Assembly (NCBI GenBank): GCA_028698525.1
Contig: JAQVDB010000002.1
Span: 1-57,621 of the forward strand
Direction of reading: 5' to 3'
DNA from: Clostridia bacterium
GTDB taxonomy: Bacteria; Bacillota; Clostridia; JAQVDB01
DNA length: 57,621 nt
A program made the translations under genes and the position numbers. The notes below the pieces were generated by a model. It was not told the origin of the DNA and did no database searches. It saw only the letters and a program-made list of their open reading frames with translations. This document shows, one piece after another, positions 37,090 through 48,422 of the stretch (position 1 is its first letter; each line of letters starts with the position of its first letter).

Positions 37090-38442
37090 TTAATTTCCTA
37101 ATATCATTTTAAGTACTCCGGTAGCATTTAAGAATACTATAAATATAGCTATAGGAGCGATGAATTTGATTATTATACCCCATATCGGTGCAAGCTTAAA
37201 ATCCAGCTTCCCATTGTTGCTGATCTCCTTCACAGCATTTTTGATACCCCAATTCCAACCACAGAATATGGCTATCAATAATCCCCCTGCAGGAAGGAGT
37301 ATATTGGATGCTAAAAAGTCTACAGCATCCAAAAAGCTTTTGCCAAATATTGTTATATCAACTGCTCCTTGGGATAGCGAAGACGGTACACCCAACGCAA
37401 ATACCGCAATTGCCAAAATAATTGTAGCTTTATTTCTTGGCCAATTCCATTCATCTATAACATATGATGAACACACCTCTAACAGAGACATGGAAGATGT
37501 AAGTCCTGCCAAAAATACAAGGGCAAAGAATACAAAGCCAAAGAAAGATCCTAAGGGCATCTGTGCAAACACTGAAGGAAGAGTTATAAACATGAGAGCA
37601 GGTCCTTCCCCTGGATCTAGCCCAAATGCGAATACTGCAGGCATGATTGCAAGTCCTGCCAAAAACGCAGCCAGCGTATCCAATAGAGGAATTACCACTG
37701 CACTTTTAGGAAGATTTTCCTCGCGATTCAGATAACTCCCATAGGTGACCATTATACCCATACCTAAGCTCAAAGAGAAAAATACCTGTCCCATCGCAGC
37801 TAATATAGTACTTCCCGTTACCTGACTCCAATCAGGTTTTAAGTAAAACTCTAGACCTTTGCTGGCGCCTTCCAATGTCACCGATCTTACCACAACAATC
37901 AATAGTAAAATAAATAATGCTGGCATCATTACTTTCGAAGCCTTTTCTATACCATTGCCTATCCCTGCATATACTATCGCAGCAGTTATCAACATGAATA
38001 TACCATGGTAAACTATAGGCTCCCAGGGATTGGATATAAGAGATGTGAAAACCTCAGCAGTATCCCCTGTGAATGCACCTGTCAATGATTTTATCATGTA
38101 GGATATTGTCCAACCGCCTATTACACTATAAAAAGATAAAATAACGAATGCTGCAATTATGCCCATTGCACCTACAAATCCCCATCTTTTGTCTAACTTT
38201 CTGAATGCACCCAATGCATTTCTTTGAGTGTGTCTGCCTATCGAAAGCTCTGCTAAAGTTAAACTAAAACCTATAACTACAAGTATGATGAGATAAATAA
38301 AAAGAAAAGCAGCTCCTCCGTTTTTACCAGTCAAATATGGGAATCTCCATAGGTTTCCTAATCCTATGGCCGACCCTGCAGCAGCCAGTAAAAAGCCAAT
38401 CCTCGAACCCCATTGCTCCCTTTGAGGATTTAAATTATCCAT
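37090..38442 (-). CDS. Sodium-dependent transporter, neurotransmitter:sodium symporter (SNF) family, paralog 1
   Basis: GSAIGLGNLWRFPY signature; 12-TM; 450 aa. Confidence 0.9.
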   Translation of the reverse strand: MDNLNPQREQWGSRIGFLLAAAGSAIGLGNLWRFPYLTGKNGGAAFLFIYLIILVVIGFSLTLAELSIGRHTQRNALGAFRKLDKRWGFVGAMGIIAAFVILSFYSVIGGWTISYMIKSLTGAFTGDTAEVFTSLISNPWEPIVYHGIFMLITAAIVYAGIGNGIEKASKVMMPALFILLLIVVVRSVTLEGASKGLEFYLKPDWSQVTGSTILAAMGQVFFSLSLGMGIMVTYGSYLNREENLPKSAVVIPLLDTLAAFLAGLAIMPAVFAFGLDPGEGPALMFITLPSVFAQMPLGSFFGFVFFALVFLAGLTSSMSLLEVCSSYVIDEWNWPRNKATIILAIAVFALGVPSSLSQGAVDITIFGKSFLDAVDFLASNILLPAGGLLIAIFCGWNWGIKNAVKEISNNGKLDFKLAPIWGIIIKFIAPIAIFIVFLNATGVLKMILGN

Positions 38443-38716
38443 TATATGAGTCCTCCTTTAAATTTGAAATTAGATAACAAATCCTTATTATAGATCTTTT
38501 ATATACGTTTAAGGTGTATATATGTCCCTGGGTCTAGCTTGGCTTAACTTGTGTTCTTAGTCTAGGCCGGCAATATATACACCTATTGTATATGTAATAG
38601 AATTCGTTATCCTATATATAATGTATCCATTATAAAGCTTTTTTCGATATTTGGGAATAGGCTTTGATATAAAAGACAGTCAAAACTTATATTTTAACCA
38701 TTTTTAAAAAATAAGT

Positions 38717-40075
38717 TTAACTTCCTAATATCATTTTAAGTACTCCAGTAGCATTTAAGAATACTATAAATATAGCTATAGGAGCGATAAATTTGATTAT
38801 TATACCCCATATCGGTGCAAATTTAAAGCTCAGCCTTCCCCGATTTGTGATCTCATCCACCGCATTCTTGATACCCCATGACCAACCGCAAAATATAGCT
38901 ATCAACATGCCGCCTGCAGGAAGGAGTATATTTGAAGCCAGAAAATCCATTGCATCTAAAAAACTTAACCCAAAAATATTTATGCTGACAGCTCCTTGTG
39001 ATAGGGAAGACGGCACTCCAAGTAGAAAAATTACTATAGCAAGCACAACGGTAGCTTTTTTTCTGGGCCATTCCCATTCGTCTATAACATATGATGAACA
39101 TACCTCTAGCAACGATATAGCTGAAGTGATAGCCGCTAACAGCACAAGAACGAAAAATATAAAAGCAAAGAAAGACCCTAGAGGCATCTGTGCAAATATT
39201 GAAGGAAGAGTTATAAACATAAGGGCAGGTCCTTCCCCTGGATCCACTCCAAATGCAAATACTGCAGGCAGTATTGCAAGACCTGCTAAAAATGCCATCA
39301 ATGTATCAAGTATTGGAATTATAGCTGCACTTTTGGGAAGATTCTCTTCTCGATTCAAATAACTTCCATAGGTAATCATGCAACCCATACCCAGACTCAA
39401 AGAAAAAAACACCTGTCCCATCGCAGCTAATATAGTGCTTCCCGTCACTTGACTCCAATCAGGTTTCAAGTAGAACTCAAGACCTTTGCTGGCACCTTCC
39501 AATGTCACTGACCTTACTACAACAATCAATAATAATACGAATAATGCCGGCATCATTATTTTGGAAGCCTTTTCAATACCATTGCCTATCCCTGCATATA
39601 CTATCGCAGCAGTCATCGCCATAAATATACCGTGATAAACTATAGGTTCCCAGGGATTGGATATAAGAGATGTAAAAACCTCAGCAGTATCCCCTGTAAA
39701 AGCACCTGTCAAAGATCTGATTATGTATGCTATTGTCCACCCACCTATTATGCTATAAAAAGATAGAATAACAAATCCTGCAATTATACCAATTACACCT
39801 ACAAATGTCCATCTTTTATCCAGTTTTTTGAATGCACCCAATGTATTCCTTTGAGTATGTCTGCCTATCGCAAGCTCTGCCAATATTAAACTGAAACCTA
39901 TAACTACAAGCATAATGAGATAAATAAAAAGAAAGGCAGCTCCTCCATTTTTGCCTGTTATATAGGGGAATCTCCATAAATTCCCAAGGCCTATAGCCGA
40001 CCCTGAAGCTGCTAAAATAAAACCTATCCTTGACCCCCATTGCTCCCTTTGAGGATTCAAGTTTTCCATACACAA
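38717..40075 (-). CDS. Sodium-dependent transporter, SNF family, paralog 2 (tandem duplicate)
   Basis: Same signature and highly similar to paralog 1 along its full length. The probable start is ATG 40069 (MENLNPQ). Confidence 0.9.
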   Translation of the reverse strand: MCMENLNPQREQWGSRIGFILAASGSAIGLGNLWRFPYITGKNGGAAFLFIYLIMLVVIGFSLILAELAIGRHTQRNTLGAFKKLDKRWTFVGVIGIIAGFVILSFYSIIGGWTIAYIIRSLTGAFTGDTAEVFTSLISNPWEPIVYHGIFMAMTAAIVYAGIGNGIEKASKIMMPALFVLLLIVVVRSVTLEGASKGLEFYLKPDWSQVTGSTILAAMGQVFFSLSLGMGCMITYGSYLNREENLPKSAAIIPILDTLMAFLAGLAILPAVFAFGVDPGEGPALMFITLPSIFAQMPLGSFFAFIFFVLVLLAAITSAISLLEVCSSYVIDEWEWPRKKATVVLAIVIFLLGVPSSLSQGAVSINIFGLSFLDAMDFLASNILLPAGGMLIAIFCGWSWGIKNAVDEITNRGRLSFKFAPIWGIIIKFIAPIAIFIVFLNATGVLKMILGS

Positions 40076-40147
40076 AACCTCCTTTTCTTATAAAATATTG
40101 TATTAATTGTAAAGCATTTTTCCGAATTTCTGAACTAAAATTGTATA

Positions 40148-40834
40148 TTATAAGACTTCAAACTTATATCCTACTCCCCATACAGTATGTATACAGCCTC
40201 TTCCATTGGCTTCATTTTCTATTTTTTGTCTCAGCTTCTTTATATGAGTATCTACAGTGCGTTCGTCTCCATAAAAGTCAAAGCCCCATATCTCGTCTAA
40301 AAGCTGCTGACGCGTGAATACTTTCCTCTCATTGCTAGCTAAAAACCACAGTAAATCGAACTCTTTAGGAGCCAAGCTTATTTCCTTTCCATCCCTTTTT
40401 ACAATTCGTGATTTTTTATCTATCTTCAGCCCCGGAAATTCTAAGCATCCTTTATCATCAAATCCCTTCACCCTTCTTAATATAGCCTTAACATGAGCTA
40501 TTACCTCATCCGGATCAAAGGGCTTAGTAATATAATAATCCGCCCCTATATCTAGTCCCTTTATCTTATCATACTTCTCTCCTTTTGCCGTAAGCATTAT
40601 TATGGGTATCTCCTTGGATATAAGCCTTATCTCCCGGCATACATCCCAGCCGTTCATACCGGGCAACATTATATCCAGTATCACAAGGTCAGGCATATCG
40701 TTTCTCACATTGATTACTGCGTCTGTGCCATTATTTGATATCGTTACATTATAACCTTGTTTTTTTAAATATATCTCCAGAATCCTGCATAAATTTTTAT
40801 CGTCATCTACAACCAAAATATTGACACTTGACAT
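40148..40834 (-). CDS. OmpR/PhoB-family response regulator
   Basis: REC domain (ILVVDDD...DLVILDIMLPG) plus a winged-helix trans_reg_C domain. The likely start is ATG 40834, behind GAGGTG. Confidence 0.9.
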   Translation of the reverse strand: MSSVNILVVDDDKNLCRILEIYLKKQGYNVTISNNGTDAVINVRNDMPDLVILDIMLPGMNGWDVCREIRLISKEIPIIMLTAKGEKYDKIKGLDIGADYYITKPFDPDEVIAHVKAILRRVKGFDDKGCLEFPGLKIDKKSRIVKRDGKEISLAPKEFDLLWFLASNERKVFTRQQLLDEIWGFDFYGDERTVDTHIKKLRQKIENEANGRGCIHTVWGVGYKFEVL

Positions 40835-40873
40835 ACTGCACACCTCTCGAATATATATTCAATATTTATTATA

Positions 40874-42199
40874 TTATAAACTAGCGCAATCTTCCCCTCC
40901 ATATTTCATATTTCTCCCGTATAACAATACCAAACTCTGGCAGACAGCAGAGATAAGAAACAGGATTTGCATATTATCTATTTGAAAAAATCCCAAATTG
41001 ATACTCGTATTCGAAAAGTATTCCATTATACTACCCCCTATTACAGGCCCTAAGAAACCTGCAATTCCAGAAGCGGATGCATTAAATCCTATAAATATCG
41101 TTCTTCCCTTTTCAGGAGAAAGCCTGAACACCAGGTTAAAGGATGATAAATTTATTCCTGCCCATCCCACCCCTGCAAGTATATGTACTATAGGAAGAAG
41201 AAACAAAGTAGATCTTGTAGTGAATACCCATAGATAGAAAGCACAGGCCAAAACAATACATGCCTTTTTAAGACAGTCCTCCCAGCACGTCTTGTCTCCT
41301 TGAACGCCCCATATCCGGACAAAAAATACCAACGTGATCAGCTGTACAGTCATAAGCACTGTAATATTTGTATATGAAAGTTTCAAATATTTTATCATAT
41401 AAACATTTAAATATGAGTGGGCCATCCATGCTGAAAAACACCACATCATCCAGAACACCACAAAGCTCATATATTTCTTATTCTTAAACGGCTCTGCAAA
41501 CAATTCATTGATCTTTATAGGATTTAAATTTTTCCTTTCCACCGGTGGCTCATAAATCTTATATAAAAACCAAATATTCAACAATGATGCCAAAAATACC
41601 ACTGCATACACTAGAATAAAACCTGAATATCCACCTCCGAAAACATCTAGCACCCTTCCCATCAAAAGAGATATAATCATAGATGCAGTCTGGAATAAAG
41701 ATTCTCTTTTTGAAAGATATCTTCCTCTTACATTATAAGGTATTAAACTCACTAGCCAATTATTTAATGCTGGTGCAAGTACTGAAAGGTTTAAAAATGA
41801 AATAAATACAAAAATCATTAAAACATATTTTTGAAGGTGGTCTGGAAAGACAAGGGGAATAAATATTACAGAACATGCAAATGCTCTGTACAATATCAAC
41901 AATATCATAACAGTCTTCTTTCTACTTTCCAGTCTTTCATACAGCATAGCAGAAAAAACTTGGAATAAATTGGCAAGCAGGGGAAAAGTCAATATTATAC
42001 CAGCCAGATAATCAGAAGCTCCTAGTAAAAGAGCATACCCCGACAAGAATGCCCCACCTGTTAACACAGTGGCCGATATGCTGGATATTCCCTCAAGAAT
42101 AAATAAATCTAAATCCCTTTTGTATTTATAGCCTTCAAGTTGAGGTATGCCGAACAATAGTTTATTTAGTAAATATCTTATCCTCAAATCCGACCCCAC
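40874..42199 (-). CDS. MFS transporter
   Basis: 12-TM hydrophobic protein. The start is uncertain: GTG 42199 lacks an RBS, while TTG 42187 follows GGTGGGG. Confidence 0.75.
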   Translation of the reverse strand: MGSDLRIRYLLNKLLFGIPQLEGYKYKRDLDLFILEGISSISATVLTGGAFLSGYALLLGASDYLAGIILTFPLLANLFQVFSAMLYERLESRKKTVMILLILYRAFACSVIFIPLVFPDHLQKYVLMIFVFISFLNLSVLAPALNNWLVSLIPYNVRGRYLSKRESLFQTASMIISLLMGRVLDVFGGGYSGFILVYAVVFLASLLNIWFLYKIYEPPVERKNLNPIKINELFAEPFKNKKYMSFVVFWMMWCFSAWMAHSYLNVYMIKYLKLSYTNITVLMTVQLITLVFFVRIWGVQGDKTCWEDCLKKACIVLACAFYLWVFTTRSTLFLLPIVHILAGVGWAGINLSSFNLVFRLSPEKGRTIFIGFNASASGIAGFLGPVIGGSIMEYFSNTSINLGFFQIDNMQILFLISAVCQSLVLLYGRNMKYGGEDCASL

Positions 42200-42403
42200 C
42201 TAAATAAAAAATATAAATATTTTATTGTTAAAGGTTCCTATCTACAAAAATCGCTGCCCCAAAATTAATATTTTTGTCGGCAGCTACATTTCCATTTGAA
42301 ACAGATTATAACACATAAAAGTATATCAATAAATACCAATGTTGCAATTTTTGTGTTTTTGTATATAATAAACCTAATTTAATCTTAAATGGAGGGCTGT
42401 AAT

Positions 42404-44188
42404 ATGATAGAAGATTATCTCAAAAATAATGTATTACTCACAGATGGTGCAATGGGGACATATTATTCCAAGTTAAGTGGAAAAGATGCAATGTATACAG
42501 AAATAGCCAATATCACTCAGCCCGAATTGATAAAAAAAATACATATGGAATATATAAATGCAGGTGCAAAATTTATAAAAACAAACACCTTCAGTGCAAA
42601 TACCCTTTCGCTAGACCTACCTTGGGAAAAAGTGGAACAAATCATAAAAAAAGCATGTCAAATAGCCTATGAATGTACCGAGGGTAAAAATATATTTATA
42701 GGAGCAGATATAGGACCAATACCTGATTTGCTGGACCAAGAATCCCAGGCTGATAAGGATATAACAATGGAGCAGTATCAACTCATAATAGATACATTTT
42801 TAGAACAAGGTATGGATATATTCATTTTCGAGACCTTTAGCAGCACTGATTATATAAAGGAACTATCCAGATATATAAAAGATAAGAAACCTACCTCTTT
42901 CATTATATCTCAATTTGCACTCATGGCTGATGGATTTACTACTAAAGGTATAAGTGCGTCTAGATTAATCCAAGAAATACGTTCTACAGATACTATAGAT
43001 GCATATGGTTTCAACTGTGGAACAGGGCCCTCTCATGTATTCAATATTTTAAAGACCTTTGATTTTAAAGAGGACATAGTTTCTATAATGCCTAACTCAG
43101 GATATCCTGAAGTCAAAAATCAAAAAACAGTGTATATACAAAACGCTGAATACTTTGCAGACATAATGATGGATATAGAAAGCTTAGGTGTAAAAATACT
43201 GGGAGGCTGCTGCGGAACTACTCCGCTCCATATAAGAAGTATGTATAAAAAGATTAATTATCCCTCCTATAAAAAAAGCAAAAAACAAGTATCGGGCAAG
43301 AAAAAAGTGCCTATAAAATATTACAAAAAACAAATAGGGGGTAAACTTAAACATAAAGACTTTCCTATCGCGGTAGAATTAGATCCTCCATCAAATACAG
43401 GCGTGGATAAAATAATCCAGGGTGCATATATATTGAAACAAAACGGGGTTGATGTGATAACGATTTCAGATTCTCCCCTTGCAAGAACCAGGATGAATTC
43501 CGTCATGCTGGCAGCTATGATACAAAGAGAAGTAGGCATAGAAACAGTACCCCACATATGTTGCAGGGACAGAAACATAATTGCCATAAAATCCGATATA
43601 CTGGCAGCCCACGCTCAAGGAATACGCAATATATTAGCAGTTACCGGAGACCCTGTTCCAGGGGGTAAAAAAAGCGAAATAAAGGGTGTGTTTAATCTGA
43701 ATTCCATAAGTCTGATGAAAATGATCTCCGAAATGAATAAAGAACATTTTAAACACGACCCATATATCATTGGAGGAGCATTAAACCTAGCCGCTGCTAA
43801 TATGGAGATGCAAATTTCCAGAACACATAAAAAAATCCAAGCCGGCTCAACCTTCTTTCTCACTCAGCCTATATTCAAGCCGGAAGTTACAAAAAATATA
43901 AAAAACATAAATCGTTCCAAGGATATCAAAATATTAGGCGGGATAATGCCGCTGGTAAGTTATAGAAATGCTATGTTTTTAAATAACGAAGTACACGGTA
44001 TACAGATCCCGGAAAAATATATAAATATGTTCTCACCTGATATGGATAGAAGTCAGGCACAGGATATAGGTATAGAAATAGCGTGCAATATTGCACAAGA
44101 GATAAAATCATATATGGATGGATTCTATATTGTCACACCTTTTAATAGAGTAGAGATGATCGTACAAATACTAAAAAGGGTAATCTGA
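42404..44188 (+). CDS. Bifunctional homocysteine S-methyltransferase / methylenetetrahydrofolate reductase (YitJ-like)
   Basis: N-terminal Hcy-binding domain (LTDGAMGT...GGCCGTTP) fused to an MTHFR barrel. The likely start is ATG 42404, behind GGAGGG. Confidence 0.85.
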   Translation: MIEDYLKNNVLLTDGAMGTYYSKLSGKDAMYTEIANITQPELIKKIHMEYINAGAKFIKTNTFSANTLSLDLPWEKVEQIIKKACQIAYECTEGKNIFIGADIGPIPDLLDQESQADKDITMEQYQLIIDTFLEQGMDIFIFETFSSTDYIKELSRYIKDKKPTSFIISQFALMADGFTTKGISASRLIQEIRSTDTIDAYGFNCGTGPSHVFNILKTFDFKEDIVSIMPNSGYPEVKNQKTVYIQNAEYFADIMMDIESLGVKILGGCCGTTPLHIRSMYKKINYPSYKKSKKQVSGKKKVPIKYYKKQIGGKLKHKDFPIAVELDPPSNTGVDKIIQGAYILKQNGVDVITISDSPLARTRMNSVMLAAMIQREVGIETVPHICCRDRNIIAIKSDILAAHAQGIRNILAVTGDPVPGGKKSEIKGVFNLNSISLMKMISEMNKEHFKHDPYIIGGALNLAAANMEMQISRTHKKIQAGSTFFLTQPIFKPEVTKNIKNINRSKDIKILGGIMPLVSYRNAMFLNNEVHGIQIPEKYINMFSPDMDRSQAQDIGIEIACNIAQEIKSYMDGFYIVTPFNRVEMIVQILKRVI

Positions 44189-44208
44189 AAATAAAAGGAG
44201 GAAAATCG

Positions 44209-46593
44209 GTGAATGAAAAAATAATAGTTCTGGACGGAGCAACAGGAACCCATCTGCAAGCCCTGGGAATGCCTACAGGCATATGCCCTGAAAAGTGGGT
44301 GCTGGACAATCCTGATATTCTTATAGATCTTCAAAAATCGTATATGGAATCGGGTTCCGATATAGTCTATACATGTACATTCGGGGCTAACAGGATAAAA
44401 CTCAAACAATTCGGTTTAGACCGTCAGGTAATAGCACTAAACAAAGAATTGGCTACTATCTCCCGTAAAGCTGTAGGAAAAAACGCATTGGTTGCAGGTG
44501 ATATCTCATCTACCGGAAAATATGTGCAGCCTTTTGGACAGCTGGATTTTGAACAAGCTGTAGATATCTTTAAAGAACAAGTTTCTGGTCTCCTGCAGGG
44601 GGGAGTAGATTTATTTATAATTGAAACTATGATAGATATACAGGAAGCAAGGGCAGCCCTGATAGCGGTAAAAGAAACCTGTCAACTTCCTGTATGGGTG
44701 ACCATGACTTTTGATGAAAATGGTAAAACCTTGACCGGTACCGACTGCACTGCTGCTTTGATAACACTTCAGAGTTTAGGTGCAGATGCATTTGGATGCA
44801 ATTGTTCTACCGGTCCTGAACCGATGGTAGATCTTATCAAAAAGATAAAACCTTACTCAAAAGTACCTTTGATAGCAAAGCCTAATGCAGGTATGCCTAA
44901 ACTGATAAACGGTAATACAGAATTTGATATGGACAAGGTTGAATTCGGAAAATATTCTAAACAACTTGTACGGGCAGGTGCAAATATCATAGGGGGGTGC
45001 TGTGGATCCACCCCGGATTTTATCAGGGAAATAAAACAATATATAAAAGATATAGAACCTTCACCTGTTCAAAATTTAGATACTTCTGTCTTGTCCTCCT
45101 ATAGCAAAGCTGTTTCAATAAGCTTAACCAGCCCTGTGAAGATTATAGGTGAAAGGATAAATCCTACAGGGAAAAAAACAATGCAACAGGAGCTAGTACA
45201 AGGGAAGTTATCTAAAATAAAAGAGTTTGCCATACAACAAAGGGCCATGGGCGCAAACATACTGGATGTTAATGTGGGAATGCCGGGGATAGATGAAAAA
45301 GAGACTATGAAAAGGGCGATAAGTCTTCTATCCACTACAGTAGATACTCCTCTTTGCATAGACTCTTCAGATCCTAGCGTAATCAAGGCCGCACTCAGGA
45401 TTTATCCAGGCAGAGCGCTTATTAACTCTATCTCTCTTGAAAATAAAAAAATCAAACAATTGCTGCCTATAGCCGCTAAATATGGAGCAATGTTTATACT
45501 GCTCCCTGTAAGCGATGAAGGTATACCTAATACATTAAAACAAAGATGTCAAGTGATACAAAAAATATATGACCATGCAAAAAAATATGGTTTCTCAAAG
45601 AAAGACATAATAATAGACGGTCTTGTTATGTCAGTATCCTCTGACGCCAATGCAGCCCGTATTACATTGGATACAATAGACTGGTCAGCTCATCAATTCG
45701 GCTGTAACACTGTCATAGGGCTTTCCAATGTATCCTTCGGACTACCTGAAAGGAAATGGCTGAACAGCGCATTTTTGGCCATGGCTATAGAAAGAGGCCT
45801 TTCCACTGCAATAGCAAATCCTAATAATGATCTGATAATGAATATAAAGATTGCATCTGATGTCCTTGCATCAAATGACCCTGTAGGCAGAAGGTACATA
45901 CAACGATTTGTTGGCAGTAAAACAGACTCAAAAACAAAACAACCAGAATCCAACAAGATAGAACAAAAGATATATAATGCAGTAATAGACGGTGATAGGG
46001 AAAATATAGATGAATTGATACATCAAGCAATAAAAGCTAATATACCTGCAGGAAAATTGCTTCAGCAATACCTGATCCCGGCAATTGACAAAGTAGGGGA
46101 TTTATTTGAAGAAAAAGAATACTATCTGCCCCAGCTTATACTGAGTGCACAAACGATGAAACAAGCCTACTCACAGCTGGAAAAACACCTAGTGGCAGAG
46201 CAAAACACCGGTCAAATAAATAAACACAAGGTACTGATTGCAACAGTTAAAGGAGATGTGCATGATATAGGTAAAAACATAGTGGCCCTCATGCTAAAAA
46301 GTCACGGATTTGAGGTAATAGACTTGGGAAAAGATGTGCCTTCAGAGAAGATAATAGAGCAAGCAAAGAAAAAGGATGTGGACATCATAGGTTTGTCCGC
46401 CCTGATGACCACAACCATGCATGAAATGGAAAACGTAATCAAGCTTGCAAAAAAAGAAAGGCTTAAATGCAAATTCATGATAGGTGGCGCAGCAGTCAAC
46501 CAAAGCTTTGCACAACAAATCCAAGCTGATGGCTATGCTGAAGACGCCAACAATGCAGTAAAACTGGCAAAAAAGTTGCTGTCTAATTCTTGA
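44209..46593 (+). CDS. metH: Cobalamin-dependent methionine synthase (short form without the AdoMet reactivation domain)
   Basis: Hcy domain (GGCCGSTP), pterin-binding domain, B12 cap and a B12-binding DxHxxG motif (GDVHDIGKN). 794 aa; GTG start behind AGGAGG. Confidence 0.9.
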   Translation: MNEKIIVLDGATGTHLQALGMPTGICPEKWVLDNPDILIDLQKSYMESGSDIVYTCTFGANRIKLKQFGLDRQVIALNKELATISRKAVGKNALVAGDISSTGKYVQPFGQLDFEQAVDIFKEQVSGLLQGGVDLFIIETMIDIQEARAALIAVKETCQLPVWVTMTFDENGKTLTGTDCTAALITLQSLGADAFGCNCSTGPEPMVDLIKKIKPYSKVPLIAKPNAGMPKLINGNTEFDMDKVEFGKYSKQLVRAGANIIGGCCGSTPDFIREIKQYIKDIEPSPVQNLDTSVLSSYSKAVSISLTSPVKIIGERINPTGKKTMQQELVQGKLSKIKEFAIQQRAMGANILDVNVGMPGIDEKETMKRAISLLSTTVDTPLCIDSSDPSVIKAALRIYPGRALINSISLENKKIKQLLPIAAKYGAMFILLPVSDEGIPNTLKQRCQVIQKIYDHAKKYGFSKKDIIIDGLVMSVSSDANAARITLDTIDWSAHQFGCNTVIGLSNVSFGLPERKWLNSAFLAMAIERGLSTAIANPNNDLIMNIKIASDVLASNDPVGRRYIQRFVGSKTDSKTKQPESNKIEQKIYNAVIDGDRENIDELIHQAIKANIPAGKLLQQYLIPAIDKVGDLFEEKEYYLPQLILSAQTMKQAYSQLEKHLVAEQNTGQINKHKVLIATVKGDVHDIGKNIVALMLKSHGFEVIDLGKDVPSEKIIEQAKKKDVDIIGLSALMTTTMHEMENVIKLAKKERLKCKFMIGGAAVNQSFAQQIQADGYAEDANNAVKLAKKLLSNS

Positions 46594-47941
46594 GGCTGTG
46601 TATCGGGGCAGGTATCCTGCCCCCTCTTTTTATGAATTTTTCGCTGCTAAATCTGCTGACCTTCATCACAGGCGCTCTCCCGAGCAAACCACCAAATTCC
46701 ACTTGGTCGCCTACATCCTTACCCGATACCGGTATTATCCTCACTGCAGTGGTCTTTGAATTTATCATTCCGATTGCAGCCTCATCAGCTATTATTGCAG
46801 AAATCGTTTCTGCACTGGTATCCCCCGGCACCGCAATCATATCCAAACCAACAGAGCACACACATGTCATAGCTTCCAACTTTTCAATATTCAATGATCC
46901 TCTTTTTACAGCATCTATCATCCCGGCATCTTCACTTACAGGTATAAATGCACCGCTCAATCCTCCAACATAAGAAGATGCCATGATACCACCCTTTTTA
47001 ACGGCATCATTTAGAAGTGCAAGGGCAGCCGTCGAACCCGGTGCACCACAACTTTCCAGGCCCATCTCCTCTAGAATATGTGCTACACTATCCCCAACAG
47101 CCGGTGTAGGTGCCAAAGACAGATCGACAATACCAAACTGAACACCCAACCTTCTGGATGCCTCTCTGGCTACCAGTTGCCCCATCCTGGTTATCTTGAA
47201 GGCAGTTTTCTTGATAGTATCTGCAACTACTCCAAAATCTTCTCCTTGCACCTTTTCAAGGGAACGCTTAACCACCCCAGGGCCGCTAACCCCTACATTT
47301 ATTACACATTCAGGCTCTCCTATCCCGTGAAAGGCTCCTGCCATAAAAGGATTGTCTTCCGGAACATTTGCAAACACTACTAGTTTAGCGCACCCTAATC
47401 CATCCCTATCGGCAGTCAGCTCAGCCGTCTTCTTTATTATCCTGCCCATCTGTGCAACTGCATCCATATTTATCCCTACCTTGGTAGATGCAACATTTAC
47501 CGATGAACATACTCTTTCTGTATCTTCTAAGGCATAAGGTATTGAGTCTATCAATATCCTATCCCCCCTGGTATAACCTTTATGAACCAAAGCAGAAAAA
47601 CCGCCTATAAAGTTGACCCCCACTTGTTTAGCAGCCCTATCCAACACCCGTGCATATTCAATATAATCCTCTTCATCAGAAGACTCAGCAACGATAGATA
47701 TGGGGGTTACCGATATTCTCTTATTTATTATAGGTATCCCATACTCGCTTTGGATATCCTCTCCTACTTTCACAAGATTTTCCGCCAATCTGGTAATCTT
47801 ATCATACACTTTGGCTCTGGATTGCTTACCGCTACTACAACAACAATCCCTTAAAGAAATACCCATGGTGATAGTTCTTATATCCAGATTCTCATGTTCT
47901 ATCATCTCTATTGTTTCGATTATTTCTCTGTTATTTATCAT
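46583..47941 (-). CDS. PFL-like DUF711 / UPF0210 family protein
   Basis: 452 aa. The N-terminal [22 protein letters not shown] sequence is characteristic, and the gene is paired with an upstream ACT protein. Confidence 0.85.
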   Translation of the reverse strand: MINNREIIETIEMIEHENLDIRTITMGISLRDCCCSSGKQSRAKVYDKITRLAENLVKVGEDIQSEYGIPIINKRISVTPISIVAESSDEEDYIEYARVLDRAAKQVGVNFIGGFSALVHKGYTRGDRILIDSIPYALEDTERVCSSVNVASTKVGINMDAVAQMGRIIKKTAELTADRDGLGCAKLVVFANVPEDNPFMAGAFHGIGEPECVINVGVSGPGVVKRSLEKVQGEDFGVVADTIKKTAFKITRMGQLVAREASRRLGVQFGIVDLSLAPTPAVGDSVAHILEEMGLESCGAPGSTAALALLNDAVKKGGIMASSYVGGLSGAFIPVSEDAGMIDAVKRGSLNIEKLEAMTCVCSVGLDMIAVPGDTSAETISAIIADEAAIGMINSKTTAVRIIPVSGKDVGDQVEFGGLLGRAPVMKVSRFSSEKFIKRGGRIPAPIHSLKN

Positions 47942-47955
47942 GATAAATTCCTCCC

Positions 47956-48225
47956 TTATAGCCTGTGCATGGATTTGAATATGTCCTGATGTTGAACCTT
48001 TATGGAAAGATTCATCTGCTTTCCCACTTGATCCATCTTTTTCTGTAAATCGCTTATATCGATTGAACTGTCCTTTAAATCTACCAGCATTATCATGGTG
48101 AAATAATCCTGTAATATGGTCTGGCTTATGTCCATTATATTAACATTATTCTCTGCGAGAACACTGCTTACATTAGAAATAATACCTACTTTATCTTTTC
48201 CTACTACCGTAATAATCCCTTTCAC
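47956..48225 (-). CDS. ACT-domain protein, UPF0237 family
   Basis: [19 protein letters not shown] signature. The likely start is GTG 48225, behind AGGAG; the ORF track extends to 48261. Confidence 0.8.
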   Translation of the reverse strand: MKGIITVVGKDKVGIISNVSSVLAENNVNIMDISQTILQDYFTMIMLVDLKDSSIDISDLQKKMDQVGKQMNLSIKVQHQDIFKSMHRL

Positions 48226-48291
48226 ATGCACCACTCCTGAAAAAATATTATATATAATCATAGCATAAAATCAAAAGCATACACAAGTATA

Positions 48292-48338
48292 GAAAGCCAG
48301 GCCTGATCTTCTCCACCGAGATATCAAGCCTGGCTTTC
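48292..48338 (-). terminator. Long hairpin between the URO-D-family gene and the ACT/DUF711 pair
   Basis: 11-bp stem 48292-48302/48328-48338 (gaaagccaggc/gcctggctttc) with further inner pairing. The U-tract is weak. Confidence 0.45.
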
Positions 48339-48422
48339 CATCGTTTTAGCATATTATTTTATGTGCAAATTAAGTCTAAAAAGTTTTATTTTACTGATAA
48401 TACATCTAAACATCAATGTCTA

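Noticed and set aside
37160-37735. 191-aa antisense ORF in SNF paralog 1, and its twin at 38793-39362 in paralog 2
   Set aside because: They look conserved only because the sense genes are duplicates. They are open antisense frames without RBSs, opposite a well-supported 12-TM transporter gene.
42200-42388. SAM (S-box) riboswitch or Met T-box upstream of the methionine synthase operon
   Set aside because: There is no S-box core (GAGGGA...GCAACC) and no T-box sequence. Only a sigma-A-like promoter (TTGCAA 42342-42347, TATAAT 42364-42369) is visible.
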